A DNA stretch of 64,000 nucleotides from an uncultured delta proteobacterium (GTDB lineage Bacteria; Desulfobacterota; Syntrophia; Syntrophales; UBA2192), in the NCBI GenBank assembly GCA_963705165.1, contig CAVPJD010000030.1:17686-81685 (forward strand). Direction: 5' to 3'. A model generated the notes under the pieces. The model saw only the letters and a list, made by a program, of their open reading frames with translations. It was not told where the DNA came from and did not search any database. Positions 53,638 to 64,000 of the stretch are shown in pieces (position 1 is the stretch's first letter; the number at the start of each line of letters is the position of its first letter). A program made the translations under genes and the position numbers.

Positions 53638-53959
53638 CTGTTGTTCAAGTCACGTAGCCGGTTCGCCCGATGTGCAGGTTGAGATTAGCTGTCTCTGTCG
53701 TTGCCCGGTTTACCGGCAGTGCCCACGTATTTCAACTATTAATGTTTGTTATCTTGCATACCTTTCAAAATCATTCAATCATGACTTTCAGGAAGGGCTC
53801 GATACAAGGCTCTCTAAGAGCGGGAACTCGGCGTACGATCTCGAAGCATGTGCTTCTAAATACATATTCAACGGGTCGGTAGACGGCCAAGGGTTCCACT
53901 CAGGCCTGTTTTCACACGTTGGGGAATCCATGGTCCCTGAACAGGCAGGCTGTGAGCCT

Positions 53960-54352
53960 TCAGGGATTCTCCGCCTGGCCCACGTCGAGCCACTCCGCCA
54001 GCATGGAGGCGTGAGCGGGTTCCAGGTAGAGGGTCGAATAAAGGAACTCGCGGGACGCAGACGTCGTTGTCCCTTCGATATCGCGAAACCCCTCCAGTGC
54101 CGCCATCCTCTCCAATATGCTCTGGATATTGTCAAGTGTAAAATCGAATGGAGCCCGAGCGAAGAGATCCAGGGGAACCGGCCGAGTGTAATCCGAGGAG
54201 TTCTGCCGGACGATCTGTGCAATGAGCTGCAGGGGGTCGCCCTGCCTTTTCAGCAGCAGTGACGCATAAGCGCCGGTCATGAATTGTGAGGAATAGTAGT
54301 GCCGGGAGCCATCCTCGGAAACAAGCTCGTTCGAATCCTCGTTTTGTTCCAT
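53960..54352 (-). CDS. Hypothetical protein
   Basis: 130-aa ORF with AGGAAG RBS and globular composition. Confidence 0.7.
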   Translation of the reverse strand: MEQNEDSNELVSEDGSRHYYSSQFMTGAYASLLLKRQGDPLQLIAQIVRQNSSDYTRPVPLDLFARAPFDFTLDNIQSILERMAALEGFRDIEGTTTSASREFLYSTLYLEPAHASMLAEWLDVGQAENP

Positions 54353-54516
54353 TGTCTTCCTGAGAAGACTTCCGAATTCTTCCGCCTGCAGGGGAGGGTC
54401 CTTTCGTTCAGAGAGCCGGCGAAGAATCTCGGCTTCCGGGATGAGTCTCCCCGCCCGGCGTTCCTGCCGGTGAAGTCACCAGCATTATTTTTTCGCGCAC
54501 TGCGCAATGCGGGAAT

Positions 54517-54550
54517 AAGAGAAGGGACCCCGCTCGGGGTCCCTTCTCTT
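54517..54550. terminator. Strong hairpin downstream of hup
   Basis: AAGAGAAGGGACCCCG-CT-CGGGGTCCCTTCTCTT perfect inverted repeat. Confidence 0.75.
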
Positions 54551-54573
54551 GCCGTTTCCAAAAAAACTGTCGT

Positions 54574-54843
54574 CTACTTCACGGTTTCCTTCAGCCCCTT
54601 GCCGGCCGTGAACTTCGGTACCTTCTTCGCCTTCACCTTGATCATGGCGCCAGTCTGGGGGTTGCGGGCCGTCCGCGCAGCGCGTTTTGCCACGGAGAAC
54701 GTCCCGAAGCCTGCGATGGCCACTTTGCCGCCCTTCTTCAACGCTTTCTCGATAGCTCCGAATACGGCATCGACGGCAGCAGCAGCCTCCTTCTTCACGC
54801 ATACGACCTTTGCCACTTCATTGATCAGTTCCGCTTTGTTCAT
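54574..54843 (-). CDS. hup: DNA-binding protein HU
   Basis: MNKAELI, GFGTF, RTARNPQTG, VPKFTAGKGLK. Confidence 0.96.
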   Translation of the reverse strand: MNKAELINEVAKVVCVKKEAAAAVDAVFGAIEKALKKGGKVAIAGFGTFSVAKRAARTARNPQTGAMIKVKAKKVPKFTAGKGLKETVK

Positions 54844-55079
54844 ATCTTCCTCCTTTCATGGGGTTTCAGCGTTTCCAATATAATCATATCTCATTTCCTG
54901 ATGATCCTGTCATCATGAAAATGATGAAAAAGTATGGGGTCCCCCCCACTTGCCGCATTGATATTCTTTTTATTCCTCAGACCCTGATTTTAGCAACATC
55001 TTTATTCCTGCCTTGTTACCCTAGCTCAAAAGCGCTGGAGAAGATTTTCGTGAAAAGGATGATATTTAAGGGGGACAAA

Positions 55080-55634
55080 ATGATTCGAACCAAAGTCCTG
55101 CCGGCCCTTCTCGTTGTCTTGCTTCTGATTATACCGCTCTCGATCCGCTCACAAACACTGGAAGATCATAGAAAGGAAATGAACAGGATAAGCAGCGAGA
55201 TCGATCAACTGGAAAAGATGATCCGTGAAAACAAAAAGCTTTCAAAGATGCTCAGGGATCACGAATCCAGATTGCAGGCCCTGGCCGAGAATCCCCGGAT
55301 TTACCGCCTACCCGTCCTGATTGAGGGGAAAGCTCTCTACGTGACAGTCAGTGAATCGGAACTCGACGATTTTTCCTGTTCTCTTGCGCTTGAGGACCTT
55401 CTCACAAAGCATAAAGTGACAAAGGGCAGATTTCGTAGCGACGATCCGCCGGAATGGAAGAAGGTCCTGATCCAGGAAAATGGGCAAGCAAAAGATCATC
55501 TAAAAAATGTTGAATTACCGGCCATCCATCAAAGAGCTGTCGAAGTCGATCAGGAAACCTATGCGCTCGAGGCCAAGCGCAACAAGCTCCTGGAGAAATA
55601 CAAGATGCTGCAGAGGAAAACGGCGGACGCCTGA
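55080..55634 (+). CDS. Exported coiled-coil hypothetical protein directly upstream of kdp
   Basis: GGGGA RBS, signal peptide MIRTKVLPALLVVLLLIIPLSIRS, heptad-rich ends. Confidence 0.7.
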   Translation: MIRTKVLPALLVVLLLIIPLSIRSQTLEDHRKEMNRISSEIDQLEKMIRENKKLSKMLRDHESRLQALAENPRIYRLPVLIEGKALYVTVSESELDDFSCSLALEDLLTKHKVTKGRFRSDDPPEWKKVLIQENGQAKDHLKNVELPAIHQRAVEVDQETYALEAKRNKLLEKYKMLQRKTADA

Positions 55635-55665
55635 CATGATTTCTCAAGCGGGAGAGTGAAGCAAT

Positions 55666-55758
55666 ATGGACATCCTCTACGCAATTATTATTGCCGTGTT
55701 TTTCGTTCTGTGCTGGTTTTCTATCGGCTGGATTGAAAGACTTCAAGCAGGTGAGTGA
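55666..55758 (+). CDS. 30-aa single-TM peptide upstream of kdpF
   Basis: MDILYAIIIAVFFVLCWFSIGWIERLQAGE; GGAG RBS; stop 1 nt before the kdpF start; missing from the ORF track. Confidence 0.7.
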   Translation: MDILYAIIIAVFFVLCWFSIGWIERLQAGE

Positions 55759-55759
55759 A

Positions 55760-55852
55760 ATGCCCTTTCTCTACCTGATGGGCGGCATCATCGCCTTGGC
55801 CCTTCTCATCTACCTCCTTATCGCGCTTCTGAAGCCGGAGGTGTTTTCATGA
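55760..55852 (+). CDS. kdpF: K+-transporting ATPase subunit F
   Basis: MPFLYLMGGIIALALLIYLLIALLKPEVFS with YLxxALLxPExF signature; ATGA overlap with kdpA. Confidence 0.92.
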   Translation: MPFLYLMGGIIALALLIYLLIALLKPEVFS

Positions 55853-57585
55853 ACGCCCCGGGCATCATTCAGGTAATGCTCTATTTTGCCGCACTTCTGG
55901 TTCTCGTCAAACCGCTGGGATTGTACATGGCCCGCGTCTACAGCGGGGAGTCAACCCCTCTGCACCGGCTTATCGCACCCTTCGAGAGGGGGATCTATCG
56001 CATATGCGGGATCCGGCCCGAAGAGGAGATGACGTGGAGAGAATACGCGATGGCCCTTCTGCTGTTCAACGCCGCGGGTGCTTTTCTGCTCTATTTGATT
56101 CAGCGAAGCCAGGCATTCCTTCCGCTCAATCCCCAGCAGATCGGTGCCGTCGCTCCCGACCTTGCCTTTAACACGGCCGTGAGTTTCGTCACCAATACAA
56201 ACTGGCAGGCCTATGCCGGGGAAACGACCATGAGCTATCTGACGCAAATGATCGGACTCACCGTCCAGAATTTCGTTTCCGCGGCGAGCGGCATGGCGGC
56301 GTTGGCTGCCTTCATCCGGGGACTCCAGCGCAGCCTCTCGCGGACCATCGGTAATTTCTGGCTCGACATGGTCCGTTCCGTTCTGTACATCCTGCTTCCC
56401 CTGGCCCTGGTGTTCTCCCTTGCTCTCGTCTCCCAAGGAGTCGTTCAGTCGCTCGGCCCCGCTGTCCGGGTTCCGCTTCTTCAGAGCACACTGGACAGTG
56501 AGGGCAGCGAGGTTGCCGGGCAGCTCATCCCCATGGGTCCGGCGGCTTCGCAGATCGCCATCAAGCAGATCGGAACAAACGGCGGGGGTTTTTTCAACGT
56601 CAACTCCGCCCATCCCCTGGAGAATCCGACGCCGATTTCAAACTTTCTGGAGCTTCTCGCCATTCTCCTGCTTCCCGCGGCCCTCTGTTATTCCTTCGGA
56701 AAAATGGTGGGCGATACACGGCAGGGCTGGGCAATCCTCGCGGCAATGCTGGTCATCCTGATTCCGCTGATGATTCTGTGCCTGTGGAGCGAGCAGGCGG
56801 GAAATCCTGCCCTGCGCGCCCTGGGGGTCGACCAGTCAGCGGGAAGCGGGCAGCCGGGCGGTAACATGGAAGGGAAGGAAGCGCGATTCGGCGTCGTCAA
56901 CTCGGTACTCTGGGCGGTAGCCACCACGGCCGCTTCGAACGGATCCGTTAATGCCATGCACGATTCTTTTACGCCCCTTGGAGGTCTTGCTCCCCTCTGG
57001 CTCATGCAGCTCGGGGAGGTTGTCTTCGGCGGAGTCGGTTCCGGGCTCTACGGCATGCTTGTTTTTGCCGTCATCGCCGTCTTCGTGGCCGGTCTCATGG
57101 TGGGCCGGACACCGGAGTACCTGGGCAAGAAGATCGATGCCTTTGAAATGAAAATGGCCTCCCTTGTCATTCTCATCCCTGCTGCCGTTGTCCTTGTCGG
57201 CACGGCGATTGCCCTGGTTGCAAAGGCGGGGCTTGCCGGCATCTCAAATCCGGGCCCCCATGGCTTTACGGAAGTTCTCTACGCCTTTTCCTCAACGGCG
57301 AACAACAACGGCAGTGCCTTTGCAGGCCTCAACGCCGACAGCATCTTTTACAATATCTCCCTGGGGATCGCCATGCTCATCGGCCGGTTCTGGGTGATGA
57401 TCCCGGTTCTGGCCATGGCGGGATCTCTGGCGAGGAAAAAAGTCATTCCATCCGGTCCCGGGACACTTCCAACCCATACACCCCTTTTCGTGATTCTGCT
57501 TGCAGGCGTGGTTCTTCTGGTGGGTGCGCTGACGTTTCTTCCGGCCCTCGCCCTCGGGCCGATTGCGGAATTCATGGCATCCTGA
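55849..57585 (+). CDS. kdpA: K+-transporting ATPase subunit A
   Basis: SFVTNTNWQ, GTNGGGFF, SNGSVNAMHDS, NNNGSAF. Confidence 0.98.
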   Translation: MNAPGIIQVMLYFAALLVLVKPLGLYMARVYSGESTPLHRLIAPFERGIYRICGIRPEEEMTWREYAMALLLFNAAGAFLLYLIQRSQAFLPLNPQQIGAVAPDLAFNTAVSFVTNTNWQAYAGETTMSYLTQMIGLTVQNFVSAASGMAALAAFIRGLQRSLSRTIGNFWLDMVRSVLYILLPLALVFSLALVSQGVVQSLGPAVRVPLLQSTLDSEGSEVAGQLIPMGPAASQIAIKQIGTNGGGFFNVNSAHPLENPTPISNFLELLAILLLPAALCYSFGKMVGDTRQGWAILAAMLVILIPLMILCLWSEQAGNPALRALGVDQSAGSGQPGGNMEGKEARFGVVNSVLWAVATTAASNGSVNAMHDSFTPLGGLAPLWLMQLGEVVFGGVGSGLYGMLVFAVIAVFVAGLMVGRTPEYLGKKIDAFEMKMASLVILIPAAVVLVGTAIALVAKAGLAGISNPGPHGFTEVLYAFSSTANNNGSAFAGLNADSIFYNISLGIAMLIGRFWVMIPVLAMAGSLARKKVIPSGPGTLPTHTPLFVILLAGVVLLVGALTFLPALALGPIAEFMAS

Positions 57586-57606
57586 TGGGTTGTGGGAGAC
57601 AAGACA

Positions 57607-59679
57607 ATGAGTCGAAAGATCAAGACCCTCACCCTTTTTGAAGGGGCTCTTCTCCGGCAAGCCGTCGCCGACGCGTTCCTGAAGCTCAATCCCGTGCACA
57701 TGATGAGGCGGCCGGTCATGTTTGTCGTCGAGGTGGGCAGTGTGTTGACCGCAGCACTTTTTTTCCATGCACTGTCAGGCCGGGGGCAGGAAAGCCCGGC
57801 CTTCATCCTGACCGTGTCGATCTGGCTCTGGATCACCGTTCTTTTCGGTAATTTCGCAGAGGCAATGGCGGAAGGACGGGGAAAGGCTCAGGCGAAAGCA
57901 CTGCGCGGCACGCGGAAAGACGTGCTGGCCAAGCGCCTCTCCGGCCCCGACCCCCGGGCGGATCGAGTCCTCGTCCCGGGCTCGCAGCTTGGCAAAGGTG
58001 ATTTCGTCCTGGCGGAAGTAGGGGATGTCATTCCGGGAGATGGCGAGGTGGTTGTCGGGGTCGCCTCTGTCGACGAGAGTGCGATTACGGGTGAGAGTGC
58101 ACCCGTCATCCGGGAGTCCGGCGGGGACCGCAGCGCCGTAACCGGGGGGACGCGTGTGCTCTCGGACTGGCTCGTTATCCGCGTTACGTCGAGTCCCGGC
58201 GAGACCTTCCTCGACCGGATGATCGCCATGGTGGAAGGCGCGAGGAGGCAGAAGACCCCCAATGAAATCGCCCTCGACATTTTCCTTGCCGGCCTGACGA
58301 TCATCTTCCTGCTTGCCACGGTCACGCTGCTGCCGTTCTCGATCTTCAGCGTCCACGCCGCCGGCCAGGGCTCGCCTGTCACCATCACCGTGCTCGTTGC
58401 CCTGCTCGTCTGCCTGATCCCGACGACCATCGGGGGGCTTCTTTCGGCCATCGGCATTGCCGGCATGGACCGGATGATCCAGGCCAATGTCATCGCCATG
58501 AGCGGCCGTGCCGTCGAGGCGGCAGGCGACGTGGATGTCCTCCTGCTGGACAAGACGGGTACCATCACCCTCGGCAACCGGGAGGCCGTGTCCCTTCTCC
58601 CTGTCGACGGCGTGGATGGCAAGACCCTTGCCGATGCAGCCCAGCTTGCCTCGCTTGCCGACGAGACTCCCGAGGGACGCAGCATCGTCGTGCTGGCCAA
58701 GAAGAATTACGGCTTGCGGGAGCGGGATATCAAGGCCCTTGGTGCCCGCTTCATCCCCTTCACGGCAAGGACGCGCATGAGCGGCGTTGATCTCGACGGC
58801 CGTCAGATCCGAAAGGGGGCTGCAGACGCCATGGAGGCCTATGTGACGGTTCAGGGCGGTTCCTTTCCGCCCGACATCCGATCGATCGTCGATGACATCT
58901 CCCGCGGGGGCGGCACACCGCTTGTTGTGGCCGATGGGGCGCGTGCTCTCGGGGTCATTCATCTGGCCGACGTTGTCAAGGGCGGGATCCGGGAACGGTT
59001 CACGGAGCTCAGGCGGATGGGGATCCGGACGGTGATGATTACGGGAGATAATCCTCTGACGGCCGCAGCCGTTGCTGCCGAGGCCGGCGTGGATGATTTT
59101 CTCGCCCAGGCAACGCCGGAAGCGAAACTGAAATTGATCCGCGAGTATCAGGCCGGGGGACACCTGGTTGCCATGACCGGCGACGGGACCAACGATGCGC
59201 CGGCCCTGGCCCAGGCCGACGTGGCCGTGGCGATGAATACGGGTACCCAGGCCGCCAAGGAGGCGGGAAACCTGGTCGATCTCGATTCGAATCCCACGAA
59301 GCTCGTCGAGATCGTCGGGATCGGCAAGCAGCTCCTGATGACTCGGGGTACGCTCACCACGTTCAGCATCGCCAACGATGTGGCCAAGTACTTTGCTATT
59401 CTCCCGGCGGCGTTTGCCGGCATCTACCCGTCCCTGTCTGCGCTCAACATCATGGGGCTCACAACCCCTCAAAGTGCGGTCCTCTCGGCGGTCATCTTCA
59501 ATGCCCTGATCATCGTTGCCCTGATTCCCCTTGCCCTGAAGGGGGTCCGGTATCGCCCGATGGGTGCCGCAATCGTTCTGCGCCACAATCTGCTTGTCTA
59601 CGGTGCAGGAGGCCTGGTAGTCCCCTTCATTGGTATCAAGCTGATCGACCTGATCCTTGCGGCCCTGCACCTGGCTTGA
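57607..59679 (+). CDS. kdpB: K+-transporting ATPase subunit B
   Basis: [27 protein letters not shown]. Confidence 0.98.
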   Translation: MSRKIKTLTLFEGALLRQAVADAFLKLNPVHMMRRPVMFVVEVGSVLTAALFFHALSGRGQESPAFILTVSIWLWITVLFGNFAEAMAEGRGKAQAKALRGTRKDVLAKRLSGPDPRADRVLVPGSQLGKGDFVLAEVGDVIPGDGEVVVGVASVDESAITGESAPVIRESGGDRSAVTGGTRVLSDWLVIRVTSSPGETFLDRMIAMVEGARRQKTPNEIALDIFLAGLTIIFLLATVTLLPFSIFSVHAAGQGSPVTITVLVALLVCLIPTTIGGLLSAIGIAGMDRMIQANVIAMSGRAVEAAGDVDVLLLDKTGTITLGNREAVSLLPVDGVDGKTLADAAQLASLADETPEGRSIVVLAKKNYGLRERDIKALGARFIPFTARTRMSGVDLDGRQIRKGAADAMEAYVTVQGGSFPPDIRSIVDDISRGGGTPLVVADGARALGVIHLADVVKGGIRERFTELRRMGIRTVMITGDNPLTAAAVAAEAGVDDFLAQATPEAKLKLIREYQAGGHLVAMTGDGTNDAPALAQADVAVAMNTGTQAAKEAGNLVDLDSNPTKLVEIVGIGKQLLMTRGTLTTFSIANDVAKYFAILPAAFAGIYPSLSALNIMGLTTPQSAVLSAVIFNALIIVALIPLALKGVRYRPMGAAIVLRHNLLVYGAGGLVVPFIGIKLIDLILAALHLA

Positions 59680-59690
59680 GGAGAGAATCC

Positions 59691-60263
59691 ATGAAACACT
59701 TCATCCGTCCCGCTATCCTTTCACTGTTGCTGCTGACCCTTCTGACCGGCATCGTCTACCCGCTCTTCATCACAGGACTCGCCCAGCTGCTTTTTCCCCG
59801 CGAGGCCAATGGAAGCCTGATCGTCAGGGAAGATCATCCTGCGGGGTCGGCTCTACTCGGGCAACCCTTTGAGGATCCCCGTTTTTTCTGGGGGCGGCCT
59901 TCGGCTACAAAGCCTCTTCCATACAACAGCGCCGCCTCGGTGGGATCCAACCTGGGGCCGTCGAACCCGGAACTGACGAATGCAGTCCGGTCGCGAATCG
60001 CCGCATTGCGCGCTGCCGACCCGGACAATCGCCGGCCAATCCCCGTGGACCTGGTTACGGCTTCCGGCAGCGGCCTCGATCCTCACATCAGCCCGTCTGC
60101 CGCTCTCTACCAAGTCCCCCGTGTTGCAAAGGCCCGCGGAATTGAGGAAGGAGTTGTGCAAGGCCTCGTCATGGCCCATGTGCGGGATCGGGATTTCGGA
60201 ATCCTCGGAGAGCCCGTCGTCCCTGTCCTCGAGCTGAACATGGTGCTGGAGACCCTACGGTGA
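59691..60263 (+). CDS. kdpC: K+-transporting ATPase subunit C
   Basis: ANGSL, GRPSA, SNLGP, TASGSGLDPHIS. Confidence 0.97.
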   Translation: MKHFIRPAILSLLLLTLLTGIVYPLFITGLAQLLFPREANGSLIVREDHPAGSALLGQPFEDPRFFWGRPSATKPLPYNSAASVGSNLGPSNPELTNAVRSRIAALRAADPDNRRPIPVDLVTASGSGLDPHISPSAALYQVPRVAKARGIEEGVVQGLVMAHVRDRDFGILGEPVVPVLELNMVLETLR

Positions 60264-60323
60264 TTCTGTTACACTTCAAACTGCGATTGCGATCCTCGGC
60301 AATCTTTCACAGGTCGTTCCGGT

Positions 60324-63014
60324 ATGGATGAAAAAAGACCCGACCCAGAAGCCCTTCTTGAGCAAGTCAGGCAGAAAGAGGAGCGTCAACGGCAGGGGAA
60401 GCTGAAGGTCTTCTTCGGCGCCGCCCCCGGTGTGGGGAAAACCTATGCCATGCTGGAAGCCGCCCAGGTGAAGCGACGGGAGGGAATCGATATCCTCGCC
60501 GGTCTTGTCGAGACCCACGGCCGCAGGGAGACGGAAGCGCTTCTCGAGGGGCTGGAGAATCTGCCCCGCCGCTCCCTATACTACAAGGGGAAAACCCTCC
60601 AGGAATTCGACCTGGATGGCGCCTTGTCGCGCAATCCTTCCATTGTCCTCGTGGACGAACTGGCCCACACCAATGTTCCCGGTGCCCGCCACAAAAAACG
60701 ATGGCAGGACGTGAGAGAGCTTCTCTGTGCAGGAATCTCCGTCTATACCACCGTCAATGTCCAGCATCTGGAGAGCCTCAATGACGTGGTTTATCAGATC
60801 ACCGGTGTCCGCGTAAGGGAAACCCTGCCGGACTCGTTTCTGGAGCGAGCCGATGAGATCGAACTTGTCGATCTGCCGCCCGATGACCTTCTGCAGCGTC
60901 TGAAGGAAGGGAAGGTATACATTCCCGATCAGGCGAAAAAGGCGATGGAGAATTTCTTCCGGAAAGGAAACCTCATCGCTCTGCGTGAACTGGCACTTCG
61001 ACGCACGGCCGAGCGTGTCGATGAGCAGATGGAGAGTTATCGGCGGGAACAGGGGGTGCATGCCATCTGGCCCGCGACGGAGAGGATTCTCGTCTGCGTG
61101 GGACCCAATCCGCGCTCTGTACGCCTGATCCGGGCAGCCCGCCGAATGGCCGCGGGACTGCGCGCCGAGTGGATCGCCGTCAACGTCGAGGCGCCCTCAC
61201 ATGTCCGCGCCTCCGAGGAGGATCAACGGCTGCTGGCTGAGCACATGCGCCTGGCCGAGAGCCTGGGCGCTGAAACGGTTACCCTCTCGGGGCACCGGGT
61301 CAGCGATGAGATCCTCAATTATGCCAGGCTGCGCAACGTCGGCAAGATCATCGTCGGCAAGCCGACCCATCCACGGTGGAAGGATAAGCTGCTGGGCTCC
61401 CCGCTCGATGAAATCGTCCGCGGCAGCGGCGATATCGATGTCTATGTCATAACCGGGGATGCCCCCGAGAGAATGCCCCGGCGCATGGAGAGAAAAGCCC
61501 CTTTGCCCTGGAAACCCGCCGAGTGGGTCTGGTCCGTTTCGACGGTGGCTGCAGCCACGGGGATCTCCGCCATCATGTTCCCCTATTTCGAGCTCCTTGA
61601 TCTTGTCATGGTGTATCTGGTTGGCGTCGTGGTGGTGGCGATCCGCACCAGCCGCTGGCCGGCGCTGCTTGCTACCCTCCTGAGCATTGCGGCCTTTGAC
61701 TTTTTCTTCGTTCCCCCCTATTTCACCTTCGCAGTTGCCGATGTCCGCTATTTCGTGACGTTCGGGGTCATGTTCGCTGTGGCCCTGGTCATCAGCGGAC
61801 TCACCCTGCGGGTTCGTGAGCAGGCTGAAGCGGCGCGGCTGCGGGAGAGAAAAACCGCAGCGCTCTATGGCCTGAGCCGGGATCTGGCCCAGGAGCGGAA
61901 AAAAGAGAAGCTCAGCGATATCGCCGTGAAGCACATCGGCGAGGTCTTCCGAAGCCAGGCGGTTATCCTCGTCTCCGATGAACGGGGCCACCTCATCGTC
62001 CCCTCGACGGGGGCAGGCACCTTCGCTATGGATGGAAAAGAGATGGGTGTAGCGCAATGGGTCTTTGAGAACAGGCAGACGGCAGGTATCGGAACCGATA
62101 CCCTCCCGGGGGCCAAGGCCCTCTACCTGCCCATGATTGCCTCCTCCGGGCCGGTTGGCGTTGTCGGCATTCTCCCGGAGAATCCGAACGAATCCTTCGA
62201 AACCGAGCAGGTTCATCTTCTCGAGACCTTTGCCAATCAGACGGCCATGGCCATGGAGCGGGTCATCCTGGCCCAGGAGGCCCAACGGGAGCGCCTCAAC
62301 GCAGAGACACAGAGCCTGCGGAACGTTTTTCTGAGCTCTGTGTCCCATGATCTGAGGACGCCGCTTGCCACGATCAACGGTGCGGCCGATACCCTGCTCC
62401 GGAAGGGCGAGTCCCTGGCTGAGGGAAAAAGAGAGGAACTGGTCAGAACCATCCACGGGGAGGCGGAGCGCCTCAACCACATCGTACGCAATGTGCTCAA
62501 TATGACGCGACTCGAATCGGGTGCGATCCAGGTCAAAAAGGACTGGCAATCCCTGGAGGAGATCACGGGTGTCGTTATCGAACGGCTCTCCGAGCGGTTG
62601 AAGGATCACCCTCTGAGCCTCACGATACCCGATAGTCTGCCATTGATTCCCTTCGACCCGCTCTTGATGGAGCAGGTCCTAACGAATCTCCTGGAAAATG
62701 CCCTCCAGCACACACCGCCGGCAACGCCCGTTGAGCTTGTCGCGCGAATGCAGAAGGCCGCCGTCCTCATTGAAATTGCAGACAAAGGGCCTGGCATCCC
62801 GGCAGGCCTTGAGGGGCGGATCTTTGAAAAATTCACCCGCGGTAAATCGCCGGGTGGCGGGGTCGGCCTCGGCCTGGCCATCTGCCGGGTCATCGTGGAG
62901 GCGCACGGCGGACGCATCTGGGCTGAAAACCGGCCCGGGGGCGGTGCAATCTTCCGATTTACACTACCCCTTGAGGGGGAGGCCGTGTTGCCTTCGGAGG
63001 AGAAAGAAACCTGA
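60324..63014 (+). CDS. kdpD: Sensor histidine kinase KdpD
   Basis: GAAPGVGKT, VDELAHTN, Usp domain, 4 TM segments, GAF, SHDLRTPL. Confidence 0.97.
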   Translation: MDEKRPDPEALLEQVRQKEERQRQGKLKVFFGAAPGVGKTYAMLEAAQVKRREGIDILAGLVETHGRRETEALLEGLENLPRRSLYYKGKTLQEFDLDGALSRNPSIVLVDELAHTNVPGARHKKRWQDVRELLCAGISVYTTVNVQHLESLNDVVYQITGVRVRETLPDSFLERADEIELVDLPPDDLLQRLKEGKVYIPDQAKKAMENFFRKGNLIALRELALRRTAERVDEQMESYRREQGVHAIWPATERILVCVGPNPRSVRLIRAARRMAAGLRAEWIAVNVEAPSHVRASEEDQRLLAEHMRLAESLGAETVTLSGHRVSDEILNYARLRNVGKIIVGKPTHPRWKDKLLGSPLDEIVRGSGDIDVYVITGDAPERMPRRMERKAPLPWKPAEWVWSVSTVAAATGISAIMFPYFELLDLVMVYLVGVVVVAIRTSRWPALLATLLSIAAFDFFFVPPYFTFAVADVRYFVTFGVMFAVALVISGLTLRVREQAEAARLRERKTAALYGLSRDLAQERKKEKLSDIAVKHIGEVFRSQAVILVSDERGHLIVPSTGAGTFAMDGKEMGVAQWVFENRQTAGIGTDTLPGAKALYLPMIASSGPVGVVGILPENPNESFETEQVHLLETFANQTAMAMERVILAQEAQRERLNAETQSLRNVFLSSVSHDLRTPLATINGAADTLLRKGESLAEGKREELVRTIHGEAERLNHIVRNVLNMTRLESGAIQVKKDWQSLEEITGVVIERLSERLKDHPLSLTIPDSLPLIPFDPLLMEQVLTNLLENALQHTPPATPVELVARMQKAAVLIEIADKGPGIPAGLEGRIFEKFTRGKSPGGGVGLGLAICRVIVEAHGGRIWAENRPGGGAIFRFTLPLEGEAVLPSEEKET

Positions 63015-63054
63015 GGGGATTATGATCGCATAACGAAGGGAAAGGTTCAGGCCT

Positions 63055-63762
63055 GTGGAGAAGGGACTCGTCCTGCTCGTTGAAGATGATATTCAAATGA
63101 GGCGATTCCTCAAAGTGGCCCTGGAGAGCGAAGGCTATCGCCTGGTTGAAGCAGAAACGGCCAGAGAGGGTCTCTCGCAGGCGGCTACAAGGAATCCCGA
63201 TGCGGTGCTCCTTGATCTAGGCCTTCCCGACATGGATGGTCTCGAGGTCATCGGTCGGCTTCGGGAATGGTCCCGGGTACCGATCATCATCCTTTCCGCC
63301 AGGGAGCAGGAGAACGATAAAGTCCGGGCTCTCGATGCGGGTGCTGACGACTACCTGACGAAGCCGTTTGGCGTCGGCGAGCTCCTGGCCAGGATTCGTG
63401 TGGCCGTTCGCCACGCCGAGATGCAGAAGAGCGGTCATCAGGTTTCCGTATTTTCAGCCGATGAGCTTCGAATTGATTTTGCAAAAAGGCAGGTGTTTCT
63501 AGGGGCAGCTGAGGTTCACCTGACACCCCTGGAATATAAACTGCTGCTCGTCCTCGTGCAGAACGCGGGAAAGGTGGTTACCCATCGCCAACTGCTCAAG
63601 GACGTCTGGGGGCCGTCTTATGTCGAGCATACCCAGTATCTGCGGGTTTATATGACCCAACTCAGGCATAAGCTGGAGAAAGACCCGGCCCGACCTCGAT
63701 TCCTGATCAACGAGCCGGGTGTCGGTTATCGCTTCAGGTTCGAGCCGAAGGGGCCGGAGTAG
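63055..63762 (+). CDS. kdpE: Response regulator KdpE
   Basis: LDLGLPDMDG, GADDYLTKPF, YLRVYM, GVGYRF. Confidence 0.96.
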   Translation: MEKGLVLLVEDDIQMRRFLKVALESEGYRLVEAETAREGLSQAATRNPDAVLLDLGLPDMDGLEVIGRLREWSRVPIIILSAREQENDKVRALDAGADDYLTKPFGVGELLARIRVAVRHAEMQKSGHQVSVFSADELRIDFAKRQVFLGAAEVHLTPLEYKLLLVLVQNAGKVVTHRQLLKDVWGPSYVEHTQYLRVYMTQLRHKLEKDPARPRFLINEPGVGYRFRFEPKGPE

Positions 63763-63776
63763 ACTCCCCCGCTCTT

Positions 63777-64000
63777 CTATCGAGCATCCCCCGGCCTGAT
63801 GCTCTCGGGCATCGGCTCCACCCCGTACTTCCATTTCAGGAACTGCTCGCCTGAGGTCTGATAGAGCACGTAGGTCAAAACGTCTTCTTCCGTTCTCGCC
63901 AGATCGCCGAGCTTGCGCCGGGCAGCTTCTATTTCCGGTTTGAGATGGCTCGCGGGCCGGTCCGTGATCCATATCCCCTGCCCGGAGCCGCGCAATGCCA
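63777..64000 (-). CDS. 3' end of a pyruvate carboxylase B / oxaloacetate decarboxylase alpha-type carboxyltransferase (runs off the window)
   Basis: ITDRPA..L.PE, EEDVLTYVLY, FLKWKYG fit the conserved C-terminal region of this family. Confidence 0.7.
   Translation of the reverse strand, partial: ALRGSGQGIWITDRPASHLKPEIEAARRKLGDLARTEEDVLTYVLYQTSGEQFLKWKYGVEPMPESIRPGDAR

Noticed and set aside
54302..54311. ccgggagcca as an attR copy of the tRNA-Asn 3' end
   Set aside because: Short, imperfect and inside a CDS.
57775..59670. Long antisense ORFs (also opposite htrA, the KamA gene, katG and kdpD)
   Set aside because: Shadow frames expected from GC-rich codon usage opposite well-supported genes.

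Overview
GC-rich chromosomal window from an anaerobic Desulfobacterota-type bacterium (gene content suggests a Syntrophales-like organism; this is inference). In order: TolC, FAH hydrolase, htrA-nth-like-PHP, a minus-strand gcvT-gcvH-gcvPA-gcvPB-KamA-family radical SAM-lipA cluster with a divergent aminotransferase, enoyl-CoA hydratase/OYE/PaaI/TonB, tadA-tRNA-Ser x2-thrC-ffs-dnaX-ybaB-recR, a porCDAB operon extended by an SfrB-like NAD(P)H flavoprotein and an Fe-S module, tRNA-Asn, a perR-katG-ferritin/VIT1 module, a G1P-dehydrogenase-like gene with an ABC importer, a 10 kb operon joining a 2-oxoacid:ferredoxin oxidoreductase to HdrA/GltD, MvhD, HdrD and a selenocysteine-containing HdrA-MvhD fusion, HU, a complete kdpFABCDE locus with an extra small ORF, and the 3' end of a carboxylase subunit. 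About 35.5-52.3 kb carries many single-base indels, probably consensus errors, so coordinates there are approximate. Best leads: the oxoacid-oxidoreductase/Sec-Hdr operon, the aminomutase with glutamate-aminomutase-type residues inside the gcv operon, the Por-SfrB operon, a four-way-junction RNA candidate between two tRNA-Ser genes, and a gene with TAG and TGA one codon apart. No integrase, transposase or CRISPR array was seen.
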